NCBI GenBank assembly: GCA_001687465.1
Contig: LVLI01000523.1
Coordinates: forward strand, 1 to 52,746
DNA length: 52,746 nucleotides
From: Halocafeteria seosinensis
Taxonomy: Eukaryota
Reading direction: 5' to 3'
Part shown: piece by piece, positions 1 through 11,621 of the stretch
How positions within the stretch are numbered: position 1 is the stretch's first letter
Layout: every line of letters starts with the position of its first letter
Made by a program: the position numbers and the translations under genes
Notes under the pieces: generated by a model
Seen by the model: the letters and a program-made list of their open reading frames with translations, nothing else
Told to the model about the DNA's origin: nothing
Databases searched by the model: none

Positions 1-2
1 GG

Positions 3-24
3 TATATATATATATATATATATA
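3..24. repeat. (TA)n microsatellite at window start
   Basis: Run of about 11 TA units. Confidence 0.9.
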
Positions 25-130
25 CGGTACTGTCTGTGTACAGTATTAAATGCATATCATGGGTGTGTCATCATGTACGCACTGACGACACAAATGGCGA
101 TAGACTAGTGATACATGCATTCATAGACAG

Positions 131-1386
131 ATGACGACGGCAAGGATCTTCCCCTACCTAGGCCATCCTACACCGGGCAGACTGGTGGTATCAACATCCG
201 TGGTCCTCCTTTTGGTCACCATGAACAGTCTTGCTCACGGACAGGAGGAGAATCGGCACCAGGAGCCGGCCTCCTTCGACGACGAAGAAGATGTCACTAG
301 CAGTAGTGGCACACACAATGAGATTACAGGGTACGTTCGAGAGGCGATCCAGTTGGTCTGGAAAGGACTATACGAACGCCCATTTGTTCGTTCGTGTCCG
401 AGTGCAGAGATGCCCAGGAACCTCAGCCCTCAGCGCAGCCTATACAGCAGACTTGCTCACGAGCCGTCTCCAGGTAGGAAGACAGTCGCCTGGATCTGAT
501 TGATGTACTCTATCTAACATTTCGTTGTTCCCCCAAACAGGGAAGTACTGGAGATCATCATGACGGAATTTGTACCGGTGGCTAGGAAGTACGGAGTCGA
601 CATTGCTTCTGGGTGTCCTGTCAAACCTGAGAATGACTTGTATCGGTGGGAGGTAGGTTTGATCGTCAAAGGGACTTGCTGCTGTATTCCATCCTTTGCT
701 TTGCATTTGTCAAACAGAATGAGCACTTCCAACAGTCCGGAAGCAAGTATAAGTGCACTGCTTGCGGGAAGACATTCAAAACTGACCATTATATAGATTT
801 GCATATGTCGAGGTTTCATGACGATAAAAGGAATAAATCTGGCACATGTTTTGCCGATTATTGTGAGGAACTCAGTTGTACGAATCAACCTTGGCTTCGG
901 TATTATGATAACCCGACGGTGCTGGCAGGCTTGAAAGCGAATTGCACGAGCCTTGTCAAGTCTTGCTTTCCGACTTCTGACCAACCTGTTGTGTGCGAAA
1001 ATGGGAAGTGGTGCCCAAAGTTCCGCCATCATATTGACAAGGATAGAGATGAGGTTGCATCAAATCCGTACGCTGCTCAAACCTTGGAGCTCGCGTATCG
1101 AAAAGCCCAAAGCGATATCATCAATATGTATTGCGAGAGGCATCCATTTGAAGTTTGGACAAAGAGAAAATTTTATTCTATTGCATCGTGGTGGGCTAAG
1201 GTCCTAGGAATTACGCTGGGTGTCATTTTGTTGGTTTCTGGTCTTGTATATCTGCTAGTCCTATTCGTAAGCGATGAAGACTATACGGGCAGCACGCACT
1301 TTTATGAGGAGATGGAGCGGAAGCGTTCGAAAACTCGATACCATCATTCTGCTCCCCGTAAACGAGTCATTAAAAAGCAAGATTGA
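131..1386 (+). CDS. Secreted/membrane C2H2-like zinc-finger protein (plant-type family); 4 exons
   Basis: GT-AG introns 331-407, 474-540 and 653-717 join into one frame: hydrophobic N-terminus, CSRAVSREVLEII..CPVKPENDLYR, CTACGKTFKTDHYIDLHMSRFH, CFADYCEELSC, and a C-terminal TM helix (VLGITLGVILLVSGLVYLLVLFV). Confidence 0.75.
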
Positions 1387-2035
1387 GTGAGCAGTATCAA
1401 TGTCACGCCTGAGGAATCCGGAGGTAGTACTAGGTAAGACATGAGGGAGGTACAATGGTGATCCACAGGAATCGCTGCTCCGCGATATTCACCATATAGC
1501 CTACATGGTGTTGCTCGTTGAGTACCGTAGTTTGATAGATATTCGCCTGCTGCTGAAGGTCGAGTTTGTAATTTGGGTAATTGACTTGCACACAACTGCC
1601 GGCTTTGCTCTCGAATTCAGGGAATGTAGTAATAACAGCAGCATTTCCATTCGATCTGGTCTCACACACGTCTCGAAACTGTAAACAGTGTGAAAGACGA
1701 GTACGTCTAGACGGCGCGCGTGCATGTGGTACGATTCGTGGTTGAAAATTTGAAATCGGGACCGTGCGGTCCGTGCCGCGTCGCGAGCTTTGCGACCAAC
1801 CGTCGTGAGTAACCGAAGTTCGACCAAGGGGCGTTCTAAATACATGTACACGCAACTATTGTTTGTGTTAGTTATCCACCATTTCAGCAAAACAGCAATA
1901 GTAGGCTCTTATTGTGCCGATGGAAGCATCGTAAATGTCCCCAGAAGAAAAAAACGCGCCATGACCATGGCAGCAGCGTGGATCAATTACTGAGATATTG
2001 TGCATTAAGTCATTTACAGGAGGTGCTAGCGAACC

Positions 2036-3418
2036 ATGGAAACACCCTCTCCCCAGCGCCCGCAAACCTCCAAAGGGTTGGTCAGATCCACCGCCTCAAG
2101 GTATTTTCAGTACCCCAACCGCGTTGTGGTGGATCGCCAGACTCTACACCGGCAACATGGACGCGCGGAAACACCGTCGCTTCGGATGCTGTCGGCTTCC
2201 AGCCCATCAAGTAGTTCAAGTGATGCAGACACCCAAAGTACATTGGACCGACGAGGGGACACTCAAAAGATCGATTTCGCAAGTAGAACAAGAGGAGATC
2301 GGGGAATGGGAAAGCACTTTGGGCTTAGCATTGGGCAGGGTACAAGACTAAACTATCTTGCCGAAATAGGGGTTGGAACAGGGAAAGATCCCAATGAGCT
2401 GCACTTACACCATGTGGAAGATCCTGATATAGATGTACCCACATCTCCACTGAAAGCTGAAGAGATACCAGAAGAAAATCCTGCGAAGTTTGAACCAATA
2501 TATCGTCCTCCGCTTCGGCACGAAGGTATACTCACGGAAGAAGAACGTAACAGACAGGAAACCTTATTCCATTTGTCCCATTATCCAGAAGTGTCACACA
2601 CACAGCAACACGAACAGTCAGAACACATGTTTACGGATAGAAGCGAATCAACTAACAAGAGACCAGCAACGCTAGGAGATATTCCAAGGCCACACACTGG
2701 CTTTAAGAGCAAAAAAGACAAGTTGTTTGAGTCTTTCTTGACAAAGCCCACCTCTCGAAGAGCAGGGACAAACTTCCCAAAAGTAACAAGACCGAAATCT
2801 GCACATTTTGGAAATCCGCCTTCCCCGATTTTACGCACCAGCGGGGCTTGGAAATCCTACGCATGGTGGCCGACATCCTTACACAAAAATGCAGGCACTG
2901 GCGGATGGGGAACTAGTATCGCCGACTTTCGCAAAGCACTGAGTACTGCACACGCTGGTAGGGGAAGTCGCGCATCCGAGCAATCCGAATTGTCGGAAGA
3001 CATGAGCAACACTACTGGCACTTTACAAGAAGCTACCGGAACAAACGAAGAGTTCATTACGTATGTTCCTTCCCCGGTAGACCAAAGAATTGCGGACACA
3101 TTCTTATCCACAAAAGATGAGCTTGCCTCCCACGGTTGCATCCCGGAAGGAAGTGGCGAATGGACCAACACCAAGTATGAGCCGCAATGGTCGGCTCGAC
3201 AGCACATTGTGAGCCCAACAGGACGACGAGTGGCATTCACAGTGGCACCAAAGAATTCTCCTTACGTTTATACGAGACGAGACCGCCAGCACCAGGAAAA
3301 TAAGACGCTAGAGAAAGTGGAAGCACATATGCAAAAATTGCGGCACCTTCGTGTCAAAACTACATATGATTCCGTCTTTCAGTACAGTCAGAAAGGTCGA
3401 TTACAACCTGCGGTTTAG
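2036..3418 (+). CDS. Hypothetical protein (460 aa, largely disordered)
   Basis: Long uninterrupted ATG-initiated ORF; no recognised domain. Confidence 0.6.
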   Translation: METPSPQRPQTSKGLVRSTASRYFQYPNRVVVDRQTLHRQHGRAETPSLRMLSASSPSSSSSDADTQSTLDRRGDTQKIDFASRTRGDRGMGKHFGLSIGQGTRLNYLAEIGVGTGKDPNELHLHHVEDPDIDVPTSPLKAEEIPEENPAKFEPIYRPPLRHEGILTEEERNRQETLFHLSHYPEVSHTQQHEQSEHMFTDRSESTNKRPATLGDIPRPHTGFKSKKDKLFESFLTKPTSRRAGTNFPKVTRPKSAHFGNPPSPILRTSGAWKSYAWWPTSLHKNAGTGGWGTSIADFRKALSTAHAGRGSRASEQSELSEDMSNTTGTLQEATGTNEEFITYVPSPVDQRIADTFLSTKDELASHGCIPEGSGEWTNTKYEPQWSARQHIVSPTGRRVAFTVAPKNSPYVYTRRDRQHQENKTLEKVEAHMQKLRHLRVKTTYDSVFQYSQKGRLQPAV

Positions 3419-6400
3419 ACGGTTTGCTACGTTTAGGGACTTCTTCGGCATTCGCTTCAAAGGTTCTGTCAAGCCATGAACTTTTCTGTCCTCTGTTTCC
3501 TGCATCGATTCCTCATTAGCGCACACAACATCGGTGGGAAGTATAGCACAACAGGAGGATTTACCACCACCTGTTAATGTAGTACCATCTGGGGTGGCAA
3601 TCATCGTTTGTTCGCGGCGTTGAAGGACTGTCCCGCTCTCTATCTGCTCTGAAGCAAGTCGGAGCCTGTGGGCAACAACAGGAGGCGGCTCACTGCAAAC
3701 GCCTTTCAACAGTGATGCCACCGATGTAAAAGAATTCCTCCTTTCGTTTTGAGACACCCCAATTCCAAAATCGATCATCGCGTCTATAGAGCCGTTTTCT
3801 TCTTCTCTAAAGCTCGATATCCAGTTTGAGCTATAAACACGAGCCTGCTGAAGTTCGCCTCTTCCTCTTGCAGAATCTACACCCTCGTGAGCATGCTCTG
3901 TCATCTTAAAGATACCTCCCACTCCAAGGGAATCCCCTTTTTCTTCGGAAGTAGCCGTAGCTGAGCCAACGCCATCAATCTCTTCCAGTTCTGGACAAAT
4001 GAGCTCTTCAGAATCAAAGCCCAGTGAGCTCAGCTGCAGGTGGTGCCGCGAGTACCCTAAGTGCGTGGTTAGCATCGCCACCGCACGGAAGATTCTGGCG
4101 ATCTTTGTATGAAGAGCTTCACGGACCTTATGCCAATGAAGTACACCGAACCTGTTTCAATAAGGGCACAAACGTTATGCAATCTAGGGCCAACATTGAA
4201 CGGTTGATAATACATACTTTGCTACAGCTTCTACAAACTCTCCTGAGGAGAGGAATTCGGATCTGGTAGTTTTCCCAAACACCGATACATCAAAGTGTTC
4301 ATCTCTTTGGGGAAAACCAAATACCTCTTTGAGAAGGCTAGTATTGGATGATTGACTTCGACCCTTCATTCCTCCAGAGGAAAGGCTATCCATCGGGAGG
4401 AGTCCAGCATGATAAAACACGGTGCTGAAACTATCAAAGTCCATCAGACCGTCTTTTAGTTTCCTACGCTGTGAGTCCATCGGGTAGCATATTTCATAAC
4501 TGCGTACGCGTAGAAATTTTCTACATGCATATATGGAGGACGTACCTTTTCGCCATCAGTGTGCTGCCTGTAGAATTCAAAGACTATCCGAAGTGCTTCC
4601 CTGTACTGCCGCACGACCTTATTCTTCACATGCTGTTGAAACGAAAGACCAACTATGAACCGACAACGAGGGAAAATATTGAATAACAAACCCCGCCAGC
4701 GTACCACTGTTTCAAGGAGCTCTCGAACTTCCCCTGAGGTAACAGTTCTTTCCATAGGAAGAATGCATTCATCCAAGAAACGCTTCAAACAGTCCGAGCA
4801 CGACCAATTCGCCCCGTTCCGATGTTTTACTGATATGAAAAATTAAATAAATTTGAGGTCCAACAATAAAGATTTCACATGTTACTGCAATTTCGTACGT
4901 ACAGTGGCCATATTTATATCTGGCAAAAAGAAGTAGAGCCTGGATAAACTCAAACACGTAAAGGCACTTGGGGATTCCGGGTATCGCTTCAGTCCCTTCC
5001 GACCTGTAACTTCAGCACAGAGTGAAACGGAAGCGATAACCCTGTTACAGGTGCCACGTACTCCAGCGGTTTGATAAATATTTGCCAAATGACTGACTCT
5101 CCTGCATTCTTGGAAATCTGGGCTACATCTAGAAAATGCTGAAACTCATTCCACCGCATTGCTTGAAGATCCAGTTTTCGCCCGCCAGCATAACGATAGA
5201 ATATGCGGGTTAACGCTGCGAACCCGAACAAATAATGCAGAGGCCTACGCGCCAGTAAAACGCAAACTTACAGAGAAAATTAGTGATGATGAAACGCTTA
5301 GTTTCTTGAGCCTCTTCGCGCAAGTTCGTAACTCTGTCCAAACGGAAAACACTCCAATCAGCTTTCATCGCTCTCTCCATCTGCATCTCGGTTGTTGAGT
5401 CAGTCACTTCGCGCTGGGTGGGACAATTCAATAGTCCACGCTACGTACGGCTATTTCATCTTCGGTGTTTTCCACTGTTATGAGGTTGAGAAGTCTCTCC
5501 ACCTTCTGTTTGGTGGCTTTCTGGTAACTCACGAGTGTATCTTTAGCACGATTCTGTGGAGCATATCCCAGTGTGGTACAAGGCCACATACGATGCACCC
5601 CCGAAGAGGGCTTACCTTTAGGTCCCGGACAAATCGATCCCTCAGCGCTTCTGCCCGCCTTTGACCCTCGTCAGAAAAATTGTGGGCCAGAGCACTCCAC
5701 AGTGTCTGGTTCCTAGAGTTGTCGGGTTCCAGGGTTTCCTCGACATCAAGCTCTACATCTAGCACCATCAAATCTTGGCACCCACTATGCTGGTAGGCGT
5801 CACTCTTACTCCGCTCAGCTAAATACTTCATCACATCTTTGATTTTCAAAGCAGGGCCTACCATGTCGTTCGAAAACGTCTGAAACCATGGACCAGTCTG
5901 TATGCAGGACACCTATAATCCGAAGCAGGATACTTACGGAAGTCAGTCTGTGGCGCACACATTTTGGTTTCAGATAGCCATCCTTGATTTCACCTTTCTC
6001 CAAACGATTTGCGTAACTTTTTTCATTGGTTTTTGATGTCCCGTTTGCTTGATCCCTCCGGTTTCTGTACTTCTCCAACAACCCCAGTCTTTGCTGTGAA
6101 GACTGTTGGTCTTTGTTTGTACCTCTGTTTTTCTGCTTCTTCATATACATATCCGTCGCTACATTAGCCAGCCACTTGATATCTTGTTCTCCATTTCCAC
6201 AAGGGACCTTGAACATCTCTCCGCGTACCGCCACCCGAGTGTGCAAGTTGCTGGCTTCCCCCGTTGAAGCGTCATGCTTTGGAGAATCGGTCGTTTGATT
6301 TCTTCCTTTCTTTGGACTCGGAGACCGTTTTCCTTTTCCCTTCGTTCCCTTACGAGTAGGGCTATCTTTGCTGATGAGAGACGGACGAGAGGACGCAGAT

Positions 6401-6600
6401 TCTGTAGCATCTTCCGTAAGGCGATTCCCTGTGCCACGGTGCCCTGTTTTCTCTTCCGAATCGAGCTTTTCATCTTCCTTCTCTCCTTCATGGTCACTAG
6501 GAATGTCATCCAGAGCACCTGGGTCAAGCCCCATCTTCTTCATGGCATCCTCCATTTCCTCCGATGACCGGGAATCGTATGCAGCACCCGAAGTCGACAT
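3401..6600 (-). CDS. Multi-exon hypothetical protein with a Par3/HAL N-terminal-like domain and a helical/EF-hand-like central region
   Basis: Chain of minus-strand ORFs (5815-6732, 5529-5912, 5210-5431, 4989-5231, 4456-4788, 4184-4480, 3401-4081) linked by GT-AG introns such as 5898-5937. Motif VAVRGEMFKVPCGNGEQDIKWLANVA. ATG at 6600 (MSTSGAA). Confidence 0.6.
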
Positions 6601-6918
6601 CGTACTCTCTCTCTCTCTCTCCCAAGAGCGCTTTATCTGAAGCTTTCGGGAATCCAAGATACACACCGTCTTCCCGATAGGAAGGGCGAAACAAAACGTA
6701 AATAGTTTTGAATTGAATAGAGCATACTTCATGCACTAACGGCTTGAACGCCGATTCGGTTTTTGAGATTGTAACGCGACAATCTTTTCTCATCCTTTGT
6801 CCCCTCGCTCAGAATTTCACCGCTGCTCTAGAGGCGATAGTTTGTCCATTCTTGTGACTGGCCAGTAGCTTATTCCGTTCAAATCGTAGAGGAGATCTCA
6901 TGGTGAGCGCGGTAGCTC

Positions 6919-8240
6919 ATGAGGACAGTAATGAAATTCGAGACATTCCTCCTCGTGCCCTTACTCTTGTCGCCATGGTTGGTGGATGCCGTCAAGGTAA
7001 GTGAATGGTTACTACATAGGGAAAACAGTAATGTGAGGTGCATTCACGGCATGTACTCCCACCTGCTGATACAGGCTGTGGGTGCGCGCAGTCGGCTGCA
7101 GAATCTGGCTCAACAGTTCCAGGGAGCGCCCATCCCTTTCCATGATTCCAATTTTACGGAGGTTGTGGATGAGGATGCGACGGGTCAATACGATACAGCG
7201 GTAGTATTCACAGTGGGAGATACTTCGAGGTGAGACTCAGTTCTCGTACTTTGAGAGACGTACGGGTCAGGGCAAGTGTGGGTTTCCATGCATTGCAGAT
7301 ACCAATGTGGCATTTGTCCTGAAGCGGTTCTGCACTTTACTCTAGCGAGCAGGTCATACTCGATTGACATACCTTATGAACAGCAAGACTTGTTCTTTGG
7401 TATTTCCACCATAGAAAGCGCGCCGTGGATATTCCAGAAGGTAAGTGATTTGTATGCACCCGAGTGAATTCCGGTTCCATCAGATTGAGGCCGGTAGACG
7501 CGCAGAAGGAAATCAACGCTGTCCCATTCGTAGTCTACTACCCAACGAAGTCAGGTGGAGAATCTAAAATGATAGAAATGGGAGACCCAAATGGATTTTC
7601 TGCAAGGACGCTTCTTGACTACTTTGGAAGACAACATGTCCGTGTGTATCCGAATCCCGCGCGCTTTATGCCACTAGGTACCTTCGCCACGCTCATTATG
7701 GCTATATTAGCGTCAGTGATATCTGCGAAACCGCATCTCGTAAAGTTTTGGAAAAATCACTCGTTTTGGTATCTTGGTAGTTTGGCCATGTACGGCTGTG
7801 CTATTAGTGGAGTTATCAGCTGCATCATACGCGGAGTACCATGGACAACGTTTGACTCCAACGGAAGGGTATCTCCTTTTTCGGATCAATCGGGTTCCCA
7901 GACAATAGTTGAAGGGATTTTCATGGCGTCATTATTGTTTGCCTCTGCATTTGCAATTATTATGTTGCACAAGATTGCTGTGAATCGAGGAAATAGTGAT
8001 TTGCTGAAGGTTGTTGGCTGTGCAGTTTGCATGGGGTTGTTTGCTGCAGTTTTTACAAATTATGTGAAGATATTCCAAAAGAAGCAAGGTTGGGTATCAT
8101 TTGGAGATATGATTCCTGCGGAAGTTTATGCAATAATGCGGCTCTTGCATTCCAAGATTTCCGGGATTATTTTCCGCTACACAGGGATACAGATCCCCTA
8201 CTCGCTATACTCCAGCATGTTGGGCTTGAAAAATTATTGA
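6919..8240 (+). CDS. Oligosaccharyltransferase OST3/OST6 (MAGT1/TUSC3) family subunit
   Basis: Signal peptide, thioredoxin-like CGIC motif, TM block with SGVISCIIRGVP..FSDQSGSQTIVEG. Introns 6997-7074, 7230-7298 and 7441-7505 restore the frame. Confidence 0.85.
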
Positions 8241-8309
8241 GCTACATAATGGTTTGTCTAACACTACGTGTTTATATTTTGGGGGGNGATAATATATCGG
8301 TACATGTAT

Positions 8310-9512
8310 TTATAAATTGTCGAACTCATCTGAAGGCAATGCAATGTGTCGCGAGGGATCTACCCTCCACCCGGTGTAACGCATAAGTTTGTCAATAGGC
8401 GTGGGACACCATCCATGGATCGCAAACAGTGCCCTAATAGTATATGGGTATCTGTAGCAAAGAACTTCCTATGTAGTAACAGCATTCTAGATCCCACTAA
8501 TACCCGACTTACACATAGGATGAATCTCCACTTTCAATCCCATAAATGACACCCCTTGCGGCTTTTTCTTCAGTCATACTCTTGAACATATTGGCAATCT
8601 TAGGAAGACGCGTGGCAGAACCTGGATTATTCTTCCAGTATGTGCTGCTAACTTCTCCCAATATTACTTCTTGAACAAGAATATTGGTAGACCATAAATC
8701 AGCGGCCAGCGCCTTGGAAAGACCACACAGAGCATATCGCATACTGCACCGAAGACAGAAGGGAACCATTCCAACCGACAGTGATTCAAATGAACCCCCT
8801 CTCAACTCACGTGGTATACATTGTCGATCCAGGTATCGGGGAACGAGATGCCGGAGACTGGACATTTACGATCTGTCCTCTATTACGCCGAATCATGCCC
8901 GGTAGGAATGCTCTGGTGACAAAGACAGCAGCCAGCAGTGGAGCATCCAACGTCGACCAGATTTCACCAACATTCATCTCGAACAAGCTCTTCCACTGCC
9001 CTGAACCAGCACAGTTGACTACAATGTCTGGAGTCCCATGGACTGACGTGATGTGCTCACTAACTGAGCGCACTGCAGTGGACGACACCAAAGCGGATTA
9101 ACAATTAACCTAAGTAACTGGGACGTGTGTGGGACGCACCTTGCTCAGGATCAGCACAATCAACACGGTACGCAGTTGCTCGTTCCCCATACTTGTGATT
9201 GATCTCCAGAGCCACTCTTTGTATTTTTTCTTCGTTCCGTGCCATTAGCACCACTTGTGCTCCACGCGCAGCTAGGAGATGGGCCAAGGCTGCTCCAATG
9301 CCTTGGCTCGATCCAGTTACCACCACTAACGATCCCTCAATATTGACAGCACGATACCGCCTCCACAGTCTTACAGCAAGATATGCAGCAGCACTGCCTG
9401 ATGCTAAACCAAGAACGAGCGGGTTCTTGCATTCTGTGGGAAGTCGCTTCTGAATACAATCGATGCCGGTGGAAAGACGAGAGATAAGCCGCTCCCGGAT
9501 CGTGGAAGTCAT
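8310..9512 (-). CDS. Short-chain dehydrogenase/reductase (SDR) with N-terminal membrane anchor
   Basis: VVVTGSSQGIG (TGxxxGIG), VVNCAG, IVNVQSPAS, YTTMR. Introns at about 9092-9139, 8744-8810 and about 8452-8512; stop TAA at 8310-8312. Confidence 0.85.
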
Positions 9513-9635
9513 TTTGCTTTCAGTCACAGCAAGCCACCAGTCGCGTAAGTACGTTTATAGATGCATACCACCCATAGCAAAAAATAACCCCTGAAAACGA
9601 CGAATGTATAGTGAGGAAAAACCCGAAAAAAGAAG

Positions 9636-9643
9636 AAAAAAAA
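9636..9643 (-). terminator. Pol III oligo-T terminator of tRNA-iMet
   Basis: T8 on the minus strand immediately 3' of the tRNA. Confidence 0.8.
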
Positions 9644-9644
9644 G

Positions 9645-9716
9645 TTGCGACTCGCGGTTTCGATCCGCGGACCTTGAGGTTATGAGCCTCACGATCTTCC
9701 TCTGATCTAAGTCGCA
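9645..9716 (-). tRNA. tRNA-iMet (CAT), initiator type
   Basis: Cloverleaf TGCGACT/AGTCGCA, D-arm GATC-AGAGGAA-GATC, anticodon arm TGAGG-CTCATAA-CCTCA, T-loop ATCGAAA (A54/A60, the eukaryotic initiator signature); 72 nt. Confidence 0.93.
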
Positions 9717-10321
9717 GCAGTTCTGGAAGAAAAAGGAGAACCGAGTTAATACCTATAATGCTTCGAACACATCCGGAACTTTGGACATTCCAACCGAGCC
9801 ACACTGGTCGAGAAATACCATGTCGCTTAAAGTCGGGATGATTCGGAGCAAATATGGCAAATGTGTTAGAACTCAATAAAATTTGGGGTTTCGCATGGTG
9901 AGGTTGGTTCCAAAGATTGGGACTTTTACGTACGCTCGTCCACGTCACAATGTTAACACATTGTGGATCAGACGTGTCGGCATATTGGAGCAGTCAGTTG
10001 AACACTTCATCGCCCCGACGTTGCCTCCCTGTCTGCAAGGACGTGAAGTCGCGGGGGTCAACGACTTCCCGGATGAGCGAAGCAAGACGCGGCGCTTGGC
10101 CACTTCACTTGAACGCACGATTCCGCAAACTGGGAAATCTCCGTCTACACTAAAGGTACGACCGGGCGCCCACCTGGGCTTTAGATGGGGGCATCCTTGG
10201 ATAGAGTTTGGTCTACTTCGACATCATTCAAGGGTAGATTTGAAGAAACAAATCCATTGGAGGTGTGTTAATAAGATTTTAGACTTAAATATCTCCTCGG
10301 TAGCCTTCATTGCTAAAGAAA

Positions 10322-10963
10322 ATGGATCAGAGCGAGCTTAAGGAACAACTTTCCCAGGTATGTTCCCCGGTTTTCGTGTCTTACTACCAGTTATAAAGAG
10401 GCCTATACTGGCCATCCCGGTAATATGAGTCCTGACGCCACCTGCTGACTAGGTGTTGTCATCTCATGGGCTCCCACACTTGGATCCCGGGGAAATCAGA
10501 AGTGGCAGGAGAGGAGGCTGACACCAAAATGACAGGATTGTCCCTTCTTCCTAAAGCAAACCAGATATAATTTTTTTTTTCTCTCATCGAAATGTTGTTT
10601 CTTAACGCTGCAGGTGCAAAAGGGCATGCAAGTGCGCTTTGCTATGGAGTTGTCAGAAGTAAGTCTAAACTTCCGCTGCTTGTCCTCAGAATTAGCCTTT
10701 TACTTCTGTGTGCAGGCGGGCATGTCACTATGCTTTGACCGCTGCGTTAGTTATCCTTCTAGTGACGGAAAGCTGGATTATAAACAAAGAACATGTCTTT
10801 CAAACTGTCAGCAAGCTTATATTAACTCGTTCCAAGTTGCCGTAAGTGAGCAGTCACGAATGTGCTTAGAATCGCGCTCGATGGCATGCATCTTTAATTT
10901 ATTTCTGCTCAGGCTGATGAATTGAATGAGGCACTCTCAAAACAGTCCCAGCAACAACAGTAG
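10322..10963 (+). CDS. Small Tim mitochondrial intermembrane-space chaperone (Tim8/Tim13-like, twin Cx3C)
   Basis: Exons 10322-10357, 10614-10658, 10716-10841 and 10913-10963 give MDQSELKEQLSQVQKGMQVRFAMELSEAGMSLCFDRCVSYPSSDGKLDYKQRTCLSNCQQAYINSFQVAADELNEALSKQSQQQQ. Confidence 0.85.
10386..10580 (+). ncRNA. Candidate structured intronic RNA (unidentified class)
   Basis: Intron of 256 nt versus roughly 40-110 nt elsewhere; several hairpins and a closing stem; followed by a T10 run. Confidence 0.4.
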
Positions 10964-11621
10964 AACAGACGATGGTTCTACTCTCAATGGTTATTGTCTG
11001 TTTGAAGGATTTACTCTGAGGACGCAGAACCAGAGCCTAGTGATGTATGAATGCGTAGCAGTAACAATCACACCATGACTGAACAGTTGATGAGGATACT
11101 GTTAGTTGAGGTTCTTATATATGAAAGCAAAGAACTCAGTGAAATCCCGCCTCTCAAGGTGCCTACCGTGTACCGCATTCCAGGCTGAATTTCCAGCTCC
11201 GTACGGCTTGTCTGCGTGCGCAGCTTCGGCCCAGAGCATGCGTGATCGCTTCTAGTATGCTTCCTTCCACAACGCTACAGTTGTATTGCAACTCGAAAGC
11301 TACACACTCTTCTTGAACTTGTTGTACCATGTTGCAAACTTGCCGCGATTCGGGAACGGCGGCCAGCGTGGCCGGGTTCACAAGTTGTGAACCATTGCAA
11401 ACGGCAGTGTCGTTGACTCATTGTATGGCAAACTGATATTGATTTCCTACACGGTTGATACATTTAATAATTTGTATCAGTCTAGACATGTTTATGCCTT
11501 AATGAGCGAGCAAGAGCTACTGCTTCTTTCTTGTGGGTGCTAAACGCTCTGATTGGTTGTCTACGCGCCAAAATTGGTGCATGCTTGCTACCTCCGCCAT
11601 TAGAACTCTCACACTCTCGAA

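Noticed and set aside
1430..1890. Overlapping minus-strand ORFs of 129-141 aa
   Set aside because: No ATG/splice model or motif that I could support; may be UTR or promoter sequence.
9883..10341. 152-aa ORF or RNase P CR-I-like GGGAAATCTCCG between tRNA-iMet and the Tim gene
   Set aside because: The ORF has a TTG start and no recognisable motifs; no matching CR-V/P4 partner was found.
10391..10424. TTATAAAGAG..ACTGGCC..CCCGGTAA resembles the 5' half of a SAM-I riboswitch
   Set aside because: The AUC and GCAAC ligand-binding nucleotides, kink-turn and pseudoknot partner are not preserved.
10507..10540. AGGAGAGGAGG..TGACAGGATTG resembles U6atac snRNA
   Set aside because: The catalytic AGC triad and ISL are absent, and I saw no U12-type introns in the window.
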